A stretch of DNA of 64,000 nucleotides from Octopus sinensis (GCF_006345805.1 NC_043002.1:28582001-28646000), one strand, 5' to 3'. Positions 40,579-55,479 are shown, counted from the stretch's first letter. Program-made: numbers and translations. Notes: generated from the letters alone by a model not told the origin.

Positions 40579-41826
40579 TTATATTTCTTGCCTTCTTTGG
40601 GGTGAGTTTCTCTGTATAAGGATGTTAGAGTGGTTAAGTTTGGGCTTATATTTTTCAATGAAGAATGTTTCCTTGTTTAGTCTAATTTGTGTTGGTGTTC
40701 CAATAGCACATTGATAAAATGGAAAGATTAAAAATTGTGGTAGTAGTTGCTTTGCGCATTTCTCAATATGCTCACTAAAGGGTATCATTCTGTATTCTGA
40801 GAATGCAATCTGTTGTCGATGCAGTGTGCATCTACGTCTGAGTGATAGTCCCGTGGACCCCACGTAGTTTTGGTGGCAGCACGAGCATCTTATGACATAA
40901 ATTATGTTTTCAGAAGCACAAGTAAAATTAGATTTGATCTTGAATTTTTGTCCCTCTTTGAAGAAGAATTCTGATCCTTCTAGAAGATTTGGGCATGTTG
41001 CGCAGTTTGTTCTACCACATTTTTTAACTTTTGCATCCGTAATTTCAGAAAGCAATTTTGCCTTTGTGAGAAACTTTTTAAGTGATTTAGGTTGTTTGTA
41101 GCTTTTAATGATTTTATGTATGTTTAGAATTTCCTTTAATTTGGGGTCCTTATGAAGTATTGGTAAATTCTGGGTGATGATCGTGAAGGCTTCTTTGTTT
41201 CTGGGGTTGTATGTGGATATGTAAGGCAGTATTTTCGGGGAAGGTGTGTTGTTGTGTTGAACTTTTCTCAAAGTTTCTATGTCGATTTCTGTTGCACGTC
41301 TGATCCCATCTTCTATGAGTTGAGTTGGGTAGTGTCTGACAATTAGGGTGTTTTTGAGTTCTTGTAGTCTAAAGTTCCTGGTATTTTGTTCTGACACTAT
41401 TGTGCATATCCTTCTTGCAAGGTTGAAAGGGATGTTTGTTTTAGTGTGTCTTGGGTGGCATGAATCAAAAAGTAGGTATTGTTTGGCGTCTGTGGCTTTG
41501 TAAAAAATGTCTGTTTCTATTTTAAGGTTAATTTTTTTAATTAGTATATCTAAGAATGGAAGCTCCTTTTGGTTGTATTCCATTGTGAACTGTATATTTG
41601 GGTTGATACTGTTCAATAGGTTTTTGAATTTTAGGAGTTTATCTGTGTTTTCATTCCAGAGTATAAAACAATCGTCCAGGAATCGTTTCCAATTCTCTTT
41701 TATGTATTGAGAGATGGGATTTCCAAAGGTTGATAAAGATTCCTGGTAAACAATTATTTCCAGGTAGCCCATTGTTAGGTTCGCAATGACTGGTGCTGCC
41801 CTTGTACCTATAGCAATTCCCATCAA
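40579..41826 (-). CDS. PLE reverse transcriptase C-terminal half plus GIY-YIG endonuclease (415 aa open)
   Basis: GIAIGTRAAPVIANLTMG, WKRFLDD, LPFLD, SCHPRH, CGRTNCATC, IIYVIRCSCCHQNYVG, EH. N-terminal RT motifs are missing. Confidence 0.92.
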   Translation of the reverse strand: MMGIAIGTRAAPVIANLTMGYLEIIVYQESLSTFGNPISQYIKENWKRFLDDCFILWNENTDKLLKFKNLLNSINPNIQFTMEYNQKELPFLDILIKKINLKIETDIFYKATDAKQYLLFDSCHPRHTKTNIPFNLARRICTIVSEQNTRNFRLQELKNTLIVRHYPTQLIEDGIRRATEIDIETLRKVQHNNTPSPKILPYISTYNPRNKEAFTIITQNLPILHKDPKLKEILNIHKIIKSYKQPKSLKKFLTKAKLLSEITDAKVKKCGRTNCATCPNLLEGSEFFFKEGQKFKIKSNFTCASENIIYVIRCSCCHQNYVGSTGLSLRRRCTLHRQQIAFSEYRMIPFSEHIEKCAKQLLPQFLIFPFYQCAIGTPTQIRLNKETFFIEKYKPKLNHSNILIQRNSPQRRQEI

Positions 41827-42328
41827 GCAAGGAAATTACAAGATTTCTATAGTATGATGTATTCATTATTACAACTTCACTTCCTTTGTCTGCTTCCTTA
41901 ATGGTTATATCTTCATCATTTTCAAGTTCTATCAGTTCCTTCCATTGTGTAGTGTAAAATTTGAGTTAACTGTCTGTTTATGTATAGTATGGTAGGGAAA
42001 GTTCTCAATGTGGCTGCAGAACTCGTCAAGATCTTTATTTCTTCCTCTGTGGGGGATGTGTTCACTTTTGTTCTTGACTAGTGATTTATCTTCAGTATTG
42101 AAACTGGTTGATGCTTCTGCTAGTCTTAATTTTCTGCAGAATTTATAACATTCTTCTGACATAATGACTTAAATATATTTTTTAACCTTTTAAAACAAGC
42201 CTTCTGTAGTTTTTTCACTTTTTACTATTTTCTATATATTCAACCACGTGCTTTCACACACCAACTTTCTCACCTATATATATATATATATATAACGCAC
42301 ACTTACATACTTTAATATAATTCTTAAT

Positions 42329-42363
42329 ATATCGACCGGTTTCGCAATCGCTATTCATGATAT
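42329..42363 (-). ncRNA. Decayed minimal hammerhead motif
   Basis: atatc-ATGAATA-gc gatt gc-GAAA-ccgg-TC-gatat; lies downstream of the second GIY-YIG fragment. Confidence 0.5.
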
Positions 42364-42679
42364 TATGTTTTACATATTTGAATATGTATTTTTTCTTAAG
42401 AAGAAATTTTATCCATGTTGTGTGTGAATGGCTTCACAAGTAGATAAATAAGGGGAGGTAATTGGTTATCGTTATTTTTGTTATTGCTGTGGCTAAGGGA
42501 GATAAATGCTCAGTTTTCGTTAAAGGGAGGGGAATATATATATATATATATATGTACAGACAAAAACAAGTTTCGAAAACCTTGTTTAGTGAGGGGATTT
42601 ATATACAGTGATGTAATCGTGAATTGAAATATGTAAAAAGATAGAAGTTGGTTATGCGTGCATATGAAGACGTTTTCTG

Positions 42680-42984
42680 TATTTGTCAATGAAAAAAGTT
42701 TCTTTATATAAACGTTCTTGTGGAGATAGTGTGTCTTTCACTATTAGAAGAGGAGGATTGTGAAATTCGGTTTGATGTTATGTGCACATTTTTCTATATA
42801 TTCATTGACAGGAATTTGCCTGTATTGCGGGAAACGGATTTGCTCTTTAGGTAGAGTGGTTCTCTTTCTCAGGGTCATACTCGTTTGTCCAATATAGTTG
42901 TGTCCGCAACCCAATGCAGGTTATTACATAAATTAGGTTCTCAGAGGCACAAGTGAAACTAGTTTTAATTGTGATCCTCTGTTC
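42680..42984 (-). pseudogene. Second PLE GIY-YIG fragment
   Basis: IKTSFTCASENLIYVITC / CGHNYIGQTSMTLRKR...EQIRFPQYRQIPVNEYIEKCA; paralogous to the end of the 415-aa ORF; frameshifted. Confidence 0.85.
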
Positions 42985-42996
42985 ACACACACAGAG

Positions 42997-44384
<1,388 letters not shown>

Positions 44385-47300
44385 TGTATGTATGTATGTA
44401 TGTATGTATGTATGCATGCATGCATGCATGTATGTATGTGTGTGGACATGCAATATCTACAAACATATTATATTGGTATTTTATCAAAGACTTTCGGATC
44501 TACTGGCAACCCACTATGTGACAATAATACGATACTCTACATCTTGTGGTCACTAAACCCTAAATCATCAAATGCAAATGCTATGGAGTACAGTCCTTTT
44601 GCTTTGGACGTTTCAGTGTTTAGTGACATTAGGATCTAGAATATAGAGTTGTAATTAATCAGGTCGTCAGCTGATATGAAAGCGTTTGATAAAGTTTAGC
44701 AATGATATATTTCTATGTATTACAAATGTCTCGTTTTAATAAACATGTATCAATTTAACAATCGGAATATATTCCTAAAAAGCGAGAATATTTTTTCCAT
44801 ACAAAAATATTTAGTATTCTCATTAAACATACCCCTACTGTGTTAAAACATGCAGTTTTTCAATAAGCACTTCAAAAGTTAGTAATAGTTGTACAGCAAA
44901 CACTGCCCTGCTGTCAACGAATTATAATAGAAACAACCACCACATTACTCGACCAATGACGTCTTACAGTTTAACATATCTATTACTGTGTCTTTGAAAT
45001 ATAGCAACTGTAGTCGGTACAGAACAGTGTGTTATTGAATTTAACGACTAGCGCCAGCATAATTTAGCCCGTGCATTATGTATATCTGAAATCCTTCAAT
45101 CTACAAACGTTGACCTCGACTTCCACCGAAATACTGCAAAATCAAATAATGATGCATTGTTTTGTAACTACCTCTATTTGAGAAAACTGTAAAATAACAG
45201 ATACACTAAGAATTATTTCAAAACCCAATTTTATTTTATATAAATTTTAAAAATGTGCAATAATCACAGCTTCAGGATTCATTGCTAATTGGAGTCTGCC
45301 CTGTAAAGAAAACCGAAAAAATATATCTTTAAATATTTCTTTAGAATTTTAAACAGGCATATTGAAGAAACATTAGCTATACATCACATGCCGCCCACTC
45401 TAAACACAAGTAGAAATCAGCAAGTGCCATCATAGTCACTCCAAATGCTACAAGGTTACATAATCGCCGGGGATATCTCTTGATGAAAGCAGAATTTTAA
45501 CATAATTTGACACGTTTCTCAGAGACTGGCGCTTCCACAATCACGGTAAACTAAAGTGAGGACCACAGTGGTGTAATAACTGCATGTCTTGGATACTGTA
45601 AGGCTTGTGTACTCAGACATACTCGATCGCATCTAGTAAATGGACACTCGACTGATTGTTATGAAATCGTTTACAGGCACACTCCAGGCTCAAGCATGCT
45701 CTCTTCTGCCTCTGTCCCTTCTAAAGCTGGTATAAGAGCTTCAGTGCATCGGAGCTGGTTAGTCTCGTACGCCTTCCACTCTGGTATCGTCGGCTCTCTT
45801 GTGTCTCAATCTCTCATCACTCTTATATATAGCTCACAAAGCTGCATCATGCCCGAACCTACCTCTCCGTAATCTGATCCATTTTCAATCTCCTCTCTGC
45901 CCACGTGTTTCCCGCAGGAATCGAACATCAACCGTTTAAATACGACCTTAACTGTATCACACTCACTTTTTATGAAGGGCCCGCAAATCTCATGTTATCT
46001 ACACCCAGCAATTAAGTTATTCCAGCGGAATTATGATGTTGTACAAGCGATATTTAATTGGTATTACAATGATGACAGTGTTAGAAATATAATATTTACC
46101 TCAGTAGTGTTACATCCAGTGTTTTCGACCTTCTGATATGTGTTAAACTGAAAATACAATTATTCGACAGCGAAAGTGAAAGCTATATAAACCTAATGTA
46201 TCTTGTATGAATATACCCATATCAAATATGTCTTCAGCAAATGAATCTGAATTCAATCAATTCGATAGAACAAGAACAATATTTGGAAGATGGTGAAGCA
46301 GGTGAAAGCCATGCTCTTAGCTCTCATGATTGGTTTAGATATAAGGAATAATTATAATAATTATATTTTTGCTTGACACTATACAAAGTAATTCATGTTT
46401 GAAATTATTTTAATATTATTTTGTTTGATATTTTACAAATTAATAGGGTTTAACTTTGAGAATCAAATCCAGTTTATTTCCAATTCTTTGAGAACACAGG
46501 ACCATTATATTCTGAGGATGGTTCATAGTTTCGCATTTTCAATTTTCTTTTAACTTTTATCATGTGGATTAATAAATTTTTCTACTTTATAAAATTGCGA
46601 ATGTCATTTATGTTAACTTAATAACATCGATATTAAATGGGAGGATATCTACTAACGATTAATTAGAAAATAAACAGAATCATAAAAACTCTAAGGATAT
46701 AACAAGCTAGGCTACTGCTGCAAGATGTGCAGTATTGTTTATTAAAATATTGATTTCAGAAATGATGGAAACAATTTCTTAGAATATAAGGTTGCCCTTG
46801 ATCAAGGTAGCATCTTTGATAGATGGCATACTGCTCCCCAATTTAGAATAAAGGATGGTTATCTCTGGTAGTCAACTAACACCAAGATTTCTTTCTTAGC
46901 TGCCAGGTAAATCTAAATGAGGAGGTGCTCCTAACAGCGCCAGTGGAAATGTCATTTCCATAATAAAATTACCGGCTTGAAGAGAAAATATTTCCTGATG
47001 AATTGTAATAGCTTCGTGTTCACGAATAAGAATCCATCTCGTCCGTAGAAATCTGCTGCGATTGAGCGGGAAGAATGGTAAACTCACTACCCCCACCCCA
47101 AAGTAACTCTATACCCTAACTGTATCAACATGGATTTAAAAATTTCTACCCTATTCGTCTACATGTGAGAATATCATGTTGATGGTGCGACAGGACTGGT
47201 TCCTGGAAGACTGAGCAATTGCCATATGGAATGCAAGAACACTAGAAAAGTACAGATCAAGAAAGTGCTGGCACTCTACTTTAGTAGAACATGAGATGGT

Positions 47301-47639
47301 ATACAAGTTCGACAGGGTCCATAATCAAGAATTCTACATCATTGTACTAGGATCTCAACGAGTTCTGCGTATTAAGATTCTTTGTTTCGTATGGATATTT
47401 CCTACATCTTTCTGTGTATATATATATACAAAACCCAAATATCTTCGATGGTTGTGCGCACAACTAACTGTTGAGGAATATAATTTCAGAGTGGAACGTA
47501 AGAGTAGCTAGGGAGTAAATCTTGCAATAAGGTTAAAATTTTCATTATAACTCATTTTCTACACACTCAGACACACACGTATACATACACACACGTATAC
47601 ATACGGACATATATGCATATTTAACAATATAATATAATG

Positions 47640-47681
<42 letters not shown>

Positions 47682-47682
<1 letters not shown>

Positions 47683-48854
47683 TAGCATTAGAGACCCGTC
47701 GTTGCCGGGTCAAAGTGCTAGTGCATGTATATATGTGTATATATATGTGTACATATTACATGTACATCTATATATATATACATCTACACATACAATACAA
47801 AATACAAAGTTATATCTTGATATCGCTAGTGATAACAATACTCAAAATATATAACAGACTGGAATTGTTAGCCTCTTGTAATTTCGATCAATTGTATCTT
47901 GTCCTCCCTCTTGTATAGAAGTGTGGCTAGAATCCAGCCTACCTCTACTTCTGGGAGGACATTTTAAATTTTTATCCGGGACGTCCTACGTCCCAGAGAG
48001 AAAGGTAAAAATAAAATATTTCCACTTTGCAAGTTCGAGTCGAGTACTCCCTTGCACGCTCCGTTGACTTGAACATTGCTTCTATTGTGGGGAATTTACC
48101 GCCTCTGATTAGATACCTTTCATAGTCGCACCAAGACAATTTTCGAAGATGCTTTCCTCCATGTGTTCAAATCTTCTTTTTTCTCTACATTGTATACTTT
48201 ATAGACAATAGTCTTTTCTTTAATTTAATTTTTTATTATCAATCTGGACTATTACATTTCTGCACGCTAATTTTATTTTTAATTTATTCCCATTCATGTG
48301 AAACCACTTATTCAAGTTCAAATCATTGACGCAATTTTATACCAATTGCTATTTTTAATTTTGTTATGTTACGATTATATTATACTTTAGTTTGATTTTA
48401 ATTATTACTTACTACATATAATTCAATTGTTATTATTATTTTTATTGTTAAAGTGAAAGTATCTGACATAAAATAGAGAAACGTTTTTGTTTCACTTTTA
48501 ACACGTAATACTGAAATAGTGGAGAAGATATGATATTGCTATGGGCTCGCTCTAGGCAAGAAGTTGAACATTTTTGTTTTTGCCCATGAAAGTACATGGA
48601 CCCTAAGTAAGGCATGCGTAAAATTTGAATGGAATTGGTTGTGTAGTTCTCAAGTTTTAGGGAATCGTAGTGGAGAAGATATGATATTGCTGTGGGCTCG
48701 CCCTAGGCAAAAAGTTCCAAATTTTTTTGCCGATGACACTCCCCGGACCCTAAGTAAGGCATGCGTAAAATTTGAATGAAATCGGTTGTGTAGTTCTCAA
48801 GTTTTAGGGAAACAGACAGACAGACACACATTCTCAGTTTTATGTATATAAAGA
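47682..48854 (-). mobile_element. Non-autonomous Helitron with ~150-bp internal duplication
   Basis: A|TCtttatatac 5' end; hairpin gacccggcaacgacgggtc followed by CTAG|T; 48518-48665 is repeated at 48668-48810. Confidence 0.82.
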
Positions 48855-48864
48855 TATATATATT

Positions 48865-49216
48865 AATAGTTATCGCCAAGCTAATATGGCAGTCCAGGAA
48901 TATAGGACGAATGCTGCCGTTGATTAGCTCCAAGAGGTCATCGCTTCTAGCTAGCTATGTGACACACGAACCTGTGTTCATTATAACCTTCGAACAGGGG
49001 CGATCAGCCGCTTCCCCTTGCTGGTCAGGCATCTGCAGACTAGTTTCAGAGTATTTGCCCCTTATCAATGTACAGAAGCCGAACCCAGCAGGCGTCGCTA
49101 CTAACCGTCTGTTCGAAGGTTATAATGAATACAGAGGCGATGACATCTTGGAGCTAATCAACGGCAGCATTCGTCCTATATTTCTGGATTACCATATTAG
49201 CTTGGCGAAAACTATT
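48865..49216. repeat. Inverted repeat enclosing a decayed hammerhead (49033-49075, minus strand)
   Basis: Arms aatagttatcgccaagctaatatgg.../...ccatattagcttggcgaaaactatt; spacer on minus: ctgtaca-TTGATAA-ggggc aaat actct-GAAA-ctag-TC-tgcag. Confidence 0.75.
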
Positions 49217-49261
49217 CATATCCGGTACCGCTGCCGTTGTCTCCTTTAGAGAAACTTAGAA

Positions 49262-49318
<57 letters not shown>

Positions 49319-49425
49319 ATATACTTAGTCCGTACATAATGGAGTGTGTTTTTATAGAAACTAAAGTGTCGGATAGGATAAAAAGGTGTGTAACACTGTT
49401 TTAAACCTCATACAATGCTTCATAA

Positions 49426-49735
49426 AGGCACGTGTCTTAGTGGTTAGGGTATTCGGCTTATGATCACAAGATTGTGAATTCGATTCCCGGCGGAACGTAG
49501 TGTCCTTGGGTAAACACTTTATTTCAGGTTGTTGTAGTCCACCTACCTGGCAAATATGAGTTGTTCCGTAACTGAAAAGGCCAGCTTTTTCAAACTCCGT
49601 GTCATGCTGAAACACCCCGAGGACCACGATAATGTCACACGAGTTTGTGGAGTGATCAGGTACTTTTGAAGAGTAGACACTTCCGTTGATCGGAACAACC
49701 AGAGCACTCGTCGTCGTAACACTTAGAATGCCAAG
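49426..49735 (+). mobile_element. tRNA-derived SINE family B
   Basis: Homologous to 34253-34566. Confidence 0.8.
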
Positions 49736-50279
49736 TGTGAAAAATAAAATGCTCAAATGAAACATCCGTCCAATTTCTTTACAGATAGAGTGCAAGATGG
49801 TCTACCTACAGTAAGGATATCTAATTATCTAATATGATATGATATAGGGGAATTTACGATACTCCGTATAGGCATATTAGCCGTTTTTCTGTGAAATAGA
49901 ACTTCAGTCTGTTTATATATCTCCACTAACTCCTGGTTAGACAATAAAAAGCAGTCAGTGAATCAGTGTGATATTCGACTAGGACGTCACTGATGGAAGG
50001 ATATTTCCTTCACTTGTCCACTCAGTATACCTTAATATTGAAGTTATCTTGTACCGAATTCTATATTTCAGTAACAACAACTGTATCTAAATGTTTATCT
50101 TTTCGACAAGACGATTCTTGCAAGCAACGTAGCACTCAGAATAGAAAACAATTAAGAACTCTGAAAGTTAACATAATAGAAGAAGGATAAGGAGAATCCA
50201 CTAAGTGAAAAAATAACACTAATCAGATCTGCAACTCAGCTTTCTCAACGTGAAATACCGTCAATAAAGAAGACAATTT

Positions 50280-51000
50280 TAGGATGTCTTCATGGACTTC
50301 AGATATGTGTTTTATGAAATATCATGAAAACTTTTATAAGTGGGAATACACTGCCTCATTCTCAAAACACGTTTACATTAAGGCACCAAAGAAAAGTGAG
50401 ATCTGTGCCACATTAGGAATGAGTGGATCGCCTATTCCGCTCTCTATGGCAGGTCGTTTCTCCAATATATTTGAATAAAAACTTCACAAAATATCCTCAG
50501 AGCAAATTCCACAGGTTTTGTCAGAACAGACACCAATGTCCAAAGTAACTCATATAACTGGATGTAATACTATTGAGCAAGTATCAAGTCCAAGATCCTT
50601 CTAAAATGTATTCTGTAAAACAAAAACTGAGCCAATAAGAAAGATCAGAAACACCGCCATAAAGAATAAGGTAAAATTAAGTACAGGTATCGTACAGCAG
50701 AGGTATCCAACAATCTCCACATGCATGCGAAATATGGACCTTATAACTTAGACACAGAGGAAAATACACGCAATCGAAATGAGACGGAAACTACAAGGAA
50801 CTTCATACTTCGACCAGATAATCAATAAAGAGGTACGCAGAACCATCTACGAAAATGTAACACCGAAGACTGTATCGCAAATCTGTAGAAAGGAAATCTG
50901 AGATGTGTAAATTTAAGAATATCTAGTAATCTGCCACAGGTCATTATTTAGGAAGCTGTCTATGGAAAAAGGAGAGCTTGGGAGAGGAAATGTGGCCATG
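50280..51000 (+). mobile_element. Decayed RTE-like LINE fragment
   Basis: HACEIWTL and KIHAIEMRRKLQGTSYFDQIINKEVRRTI resemble the RTE C-terminal YACESWTL...AFEM...TNEEVR. Confidence 0.6.
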
Positions 51001-51284
51001 TACAGAAGTTATTGGAGGTAAAGTGATATTTGGTGCATTCCTCTAACTGATGGAATAACTTAGTACTCAGCATATCGCAGCGCTTCTATGATTCTATCAT
51101 GAAGTGATATCTAAAAGCAAATATGTACATACTAATATTAGCAAAAGTAATATTTCATTCTCAAACATTATTGTGAATTTTATGTGAAACGTAAATTGGC
51201 AAATATAATTTCTGTTTGGAATTAACGGTTATTACGCAGCCAGTTCTTCGATAATACAAAATTAATTATTAAAAAAGATCTTAC

Positions 51285-51373
51285 ATCGACATCGGATTAA
51301 ATGCAGATTATCGAAGTGCTGTGCACACTTGTGTTTCTTATTTAAAGCGCATTTTGAGTATGCGACCATACGT
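51285..51373 (-). CDS. Six-Cys repeat gene, 89-nt B-type exon
   Basis: ttcgtatttcAG|...|GTaaga; RMVAYSKCALNKKHKCAQHFDNLHLIRCR; phase 2/1. Confidence 0.85.
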
Positions 51374-52138
51374 CTGAAATACGAAAAGTTATTGAACAAA
51401 AGGGAAAATCTTTGGTAATATTTTGGATAATCGATGTACTTTGGTTTAAACTCACAACGTATGTAATAACTTAGAATATTTTGCAATACACATATTATTT
51501 AGCTTCTGAAACAAATTACTACTGTATGTAATTTTCATAGTTTGAAAAATATTTCCAATTTAAAAGAGGAAGTATTAATATATTTTAATATCTGATTTCT
51601 GACCCAGTGGCTCTCCGGTTATGAAGGTTAAATTATAAAAATTACTAGCGAATTCCGTATGGAAAATTGCAATGAAGTGATGTCTTAAGATTTACTATTA
51701 AAAAGAAGCAACCAAATATTTACTAATCATAGTTATACATAAACATGTGATTTACAAGTTTTTGGAAATGATCAAACATTAATATGGCTTTTCTAAAGTA
51801 TGAAATAATATTTTTAGAAACAAATAAGGATCGTTCAAAAACCATTCCCCTAATCGTACATTTGTGGAATTGTGCCTATATCGGAAATTGCCTATATATT
51901 TATTGATCTGCATAAATTTGGTTCACTGGTATGAGCCATTCCTAGATCGATATAGTTAGCACTAATCAAATGGTGTTTCCTATTGAACCTAGTACACATC
52001 AACTAAATAATTCTAATCTTGTACCAATGTAATAAACATTTAATTAACTGTTGATGGTACTGATGCATAAATAAATATATAAACGTGTATATGTTTGATG
52101 CAAAAATAATACAGAAGTTGGAAAAGAAGTATACGTAC

Positions 52139-52229
52139 TTGCAGTAATCCCTATCTGGTGTACCAGTGGGAAAATCTTTTTCTACTTGTGGACAATATCT
52201 TTTGAATTTCTCAAGGCAGCTGTCCATCT
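52139..52229 (-). CDS. Six-Cys repeat gene, 91-nt A-type exon
   Basis: atttttcAG|...|GTacgt; MDSCLEKFKRYCPQVEKDFPTGTPDRDYC; phase 1/2. Confidence 0.85.
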
Positions 52230-53121
52230 CTGAAAAATATACACATTTTAAATTTTATTTCTGTACCCCTTAAAATGCTGATGCAACATAAAACATTTTA
52301 TGTTGGTCTTAAGCCAAGTTATCATGTGTCATCTATTACGTCGTGTTTGAAAAGACGACAACGATAATTTTTGTGTGAATGTTTTCTGATTTTCTTTGTT
52401 GCAAATGATGAAGTACTTCATGCAGATTTAAAGAACAGCATACAGCCCCTTTTCAAACTTTAACTCATTTGAAGATTGTTCGTAGCCACTCTATGTTTTT
52501 GCAAATAGTTCATTATTAATAAAATAGAACTTACTAGGGCAATAAGTTTCAAATTTTTTTTCAAATGATACCAAACAATGTTTGTCTTCGAGATTTTCAG
52601 CACACGTTTTGTATACCACCAGGCGCCTGGGTGACGAAAATAAATTGATAACAATGATTTCCAAATTGAAAAAAGAAACAAACAAAAACAATCATTATTC
52701 TTAAATTTGGCAATATTTCGAATTTCTGGTTGAAAAAATATATGTACCACTTCAAAATATCTAGCCAGTTAATCATGTTTTACATTTTGAGGACAAAATA
52801 TTGCTATGTATAACGATCCTTTCATACTTCTGGAATTTACAAAATTATTCAGGAGTTATTTTTAACAGTTTGTTGTTTAGTCCCACAATTGTATACTTGT
52901 CTGTATAGTAAAAACCAGCGTTATATTTAGTAATCTGCTAAACTTGTGTTCAAATCTGAATGTAGTTGATATGCGTCCTTCTGGGGTAGATATATTTAGT
53001 AACAATCCGGTGAAATACCCTGGTTAACTATTCCATTCCAACCAATTATTTCTAATCCCTTATCAAAATATATCATTACTTACCTGCAGGTAATGAGACA
53101 TCGATGTTTTATTTTAGTGTG

Positions 53122-53686
53122 TTATTACCTCCGCCTTAGTAAAGGCGGAAGTATTGTTTCAGTCGTATTTGTTTGTTTGTCCGTGGATAAAATTTTCAGG
53201 GATGTTTAGCCTCGTGACTGGCACGAACTGATTAAATTTTGGGATCGATGCGGTGCCGGACAAGGATTCTGGGTTATGTTTTGTTGTATTTACTTTACAT
53301 GATTACGATCTAACATTAACCTTCAAGTCTTCCTCAATTATCTCCCTTTAGGCCGTAACTATTATGAATGGAGGATTTGTTAACTTTGGCTTGTATTAGA
53401 TAAGGACGAACTATTTATTACTGTTACTAAATTTTCTATAGCCACCTTTTCATTCCATGACTACCATTCGGATCGATCAGGTACCGGACAAAGATTCGGG
53501 ATTATTTTTCTTTTTTTTTTTTTACATAATTTTTAAGAGTGGTCGAGTTCGCTTTTAGTAATCTTGTTTGTGACAGCAGTTGAGTTTATTTCAAATATTC
53601 TCATTTTAAAAATCATCTCCGGTTAATCGTTGAGAGGACGTTGGTGTTGCCTTGGCGGAGGTTTGGGCTCTCTGAGTGCTCTTGTT
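53122..53686 (+). mobile_element. Helentron-associated (DINE-1/HINE-like) non-autonomous element
   Basis: Subterminal inverted repeats acctccgcc / ggcggaggt, 5' partial inverted repeat, (gttt)n, and 3' hairpin gggctctctgagtgct. Confidence 0.65.
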
Positions 53687-54159
53687 ATATTACAGCTTTC
53701 AGTTAATGGAATTGGGCCACTTTTAACCATTACGGTGGAGTGTTTTAAGTCTTCATATCGTCGCATTACTCCATCTAAATATGATTGGTATTGAGTTAAT
53801 GTTTTATTTGAAGAAACGCTATGTTACAACTATGTATGTAAACGACTCTAGAAGTTGTCAAGTAGTGACAGACGAGCATATACACTTACACACTTATACA
53901 TCCACACACTCACACACATACACACAGATGGAAACTTATGCTCTTTATAACGTTTTCCCGTAAAGCTTCCGCTTAACACATTTAATCATAAGACTTTAGT
54001 GGCCCGGTGCAATTGCCAAAGGGGGTGCGCAGTGAAATCTTATTCGAAACCATGTAGTTGTTAAACGATCTTCTTAACCATACGGCTATTAATTTACATA
54101 GATAAAGAAAAATTTACGTATAAGTTGTAGTAATGATAGAATGAGTAGTTATAAATATA

Positions 54160-55019
54160 CAGGGTGCGATGGGTAAATTGTCACCATTTTATATTTTCTA
54201 ATTTCACGCATGAACAAAATGTTTGTTTTTGATTTTCTTGATGTTACATCAGGGTCGGTTGGGCACCGTTTGTGAGAAATAGCATCATGCCGCCATTCAT
54301 TCTGTCACAACTTTGGAAACAGCATGCTGTACTGCATGGCATTCGCGCTTGAAGCTCCAATATGAACATTTCAGAGAGTCTGGATGTCAATCTCAGAACA
54401 TGTTCCGAGTAAAGAAGTCAAATATCCAGTCACATCATGGTGTTTGACGTGAACACTAGTGATGGCGACGTAACGCCTCCATTCATTTTCCCACACGGAC
54501 CCAGGCTCAACACGGAGGCCTACATCAAGTTCCTGGAGGAAGTAGTGCTGCTCTGGGTGAAGAGGGTGGCTATTGGAAGACCCTTTGTCTGGCAACAGGA
54601 CTTTGTACTATGCCACACAAACAGGAGAACCCAGTCATGGCTGTCAGACATTTTCTGTGACCATATCACCCCTAACATCTGGCCACATAACTCCCCAAAT
54701 TGCAACCTTGATTATTATGTGTGGGTACAGTTGAGCGAGGGACCAACAAAACTCCTTGTAACACCATCGATGAACTGAAGGCAAGGATTATGGCAGCATT
54801 CAGCAACTTAAACAAGGAAACCGTCCAGATGAGTTGCAGAAGATTCCGAAGTCGTCTGAAGGCCGTGGTTGTAGCTAATGGTGCGTTTATTGAATACATC
54901 TATTCTTTAGTATTTCAAGGTATTTTTATGTAATTTTGGAAAATATATTTGCTAAATGAGATGTTAGTGTTATTTTCATTTTTGTGCAATTTAGACGACA
55001 GTTTATTCATCGCGCCCTG
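54160..55019 (+). mobile_element. Internally deleted DD37D/maT-like transposon
   Basis: TA|cagggtgcgatgggtaaattgtc ... gacagtttattcatcgcgccctg|TA; MVFDVNTSDGDVTPPFIF, WQQD, WPHNSPNCNLDYYVW. Confidence 0.88.
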
Positions 55020-55479
55020 TATATGTACGTACAAGCAGAGGTTTGTATCCGGATTAGTGTATGGGTAGTCTCTTATGGCTTCATAGCAAGTTGATAAGTA
55101 CATTGGTTCGCAATCAGCAGCTTCTACATGTCCTGCAAAGTAGACATTTTGGATTTTCAGTTCATGAATATTCTTATAACGACGAAAAATTACACGGTAC
55201 TATAAATTCAAACAATTCTAATCTGCATTTCACTTATCTTTTGTCATCTACAATATGTGGGTTGAATATGGAACGGATGCTATAAAAGTTCTTTGATGTT
55301 GTGCAAAGAAAACCGTTTGGTTGGAGGTGTAATTTTAATGGTCGATTAAAAATAATACTTATATTCATTAAAATATAATATGCTTTCAGGATTTTGGTGT
55401 TTCAAAATATCTGTCATACTAAAGCTGATTTTCGGTTTCCCGTGACTATTTATATTTTCAACAATTTTCTTATACCGTG

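Larger units (their letters stand above)
40368..42187 (-). mobile_element. Penelope-like element, internally deleted, bounded by ~48-bp inverted repeats
   Basis: N-terminal FCRKLRL...IKEADKGSEVVIMN (42140-41830) is fused to the RT C-terminal half; inverted repeat arms 40368-40416 and 42140-42187. Confidence 0.88.
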
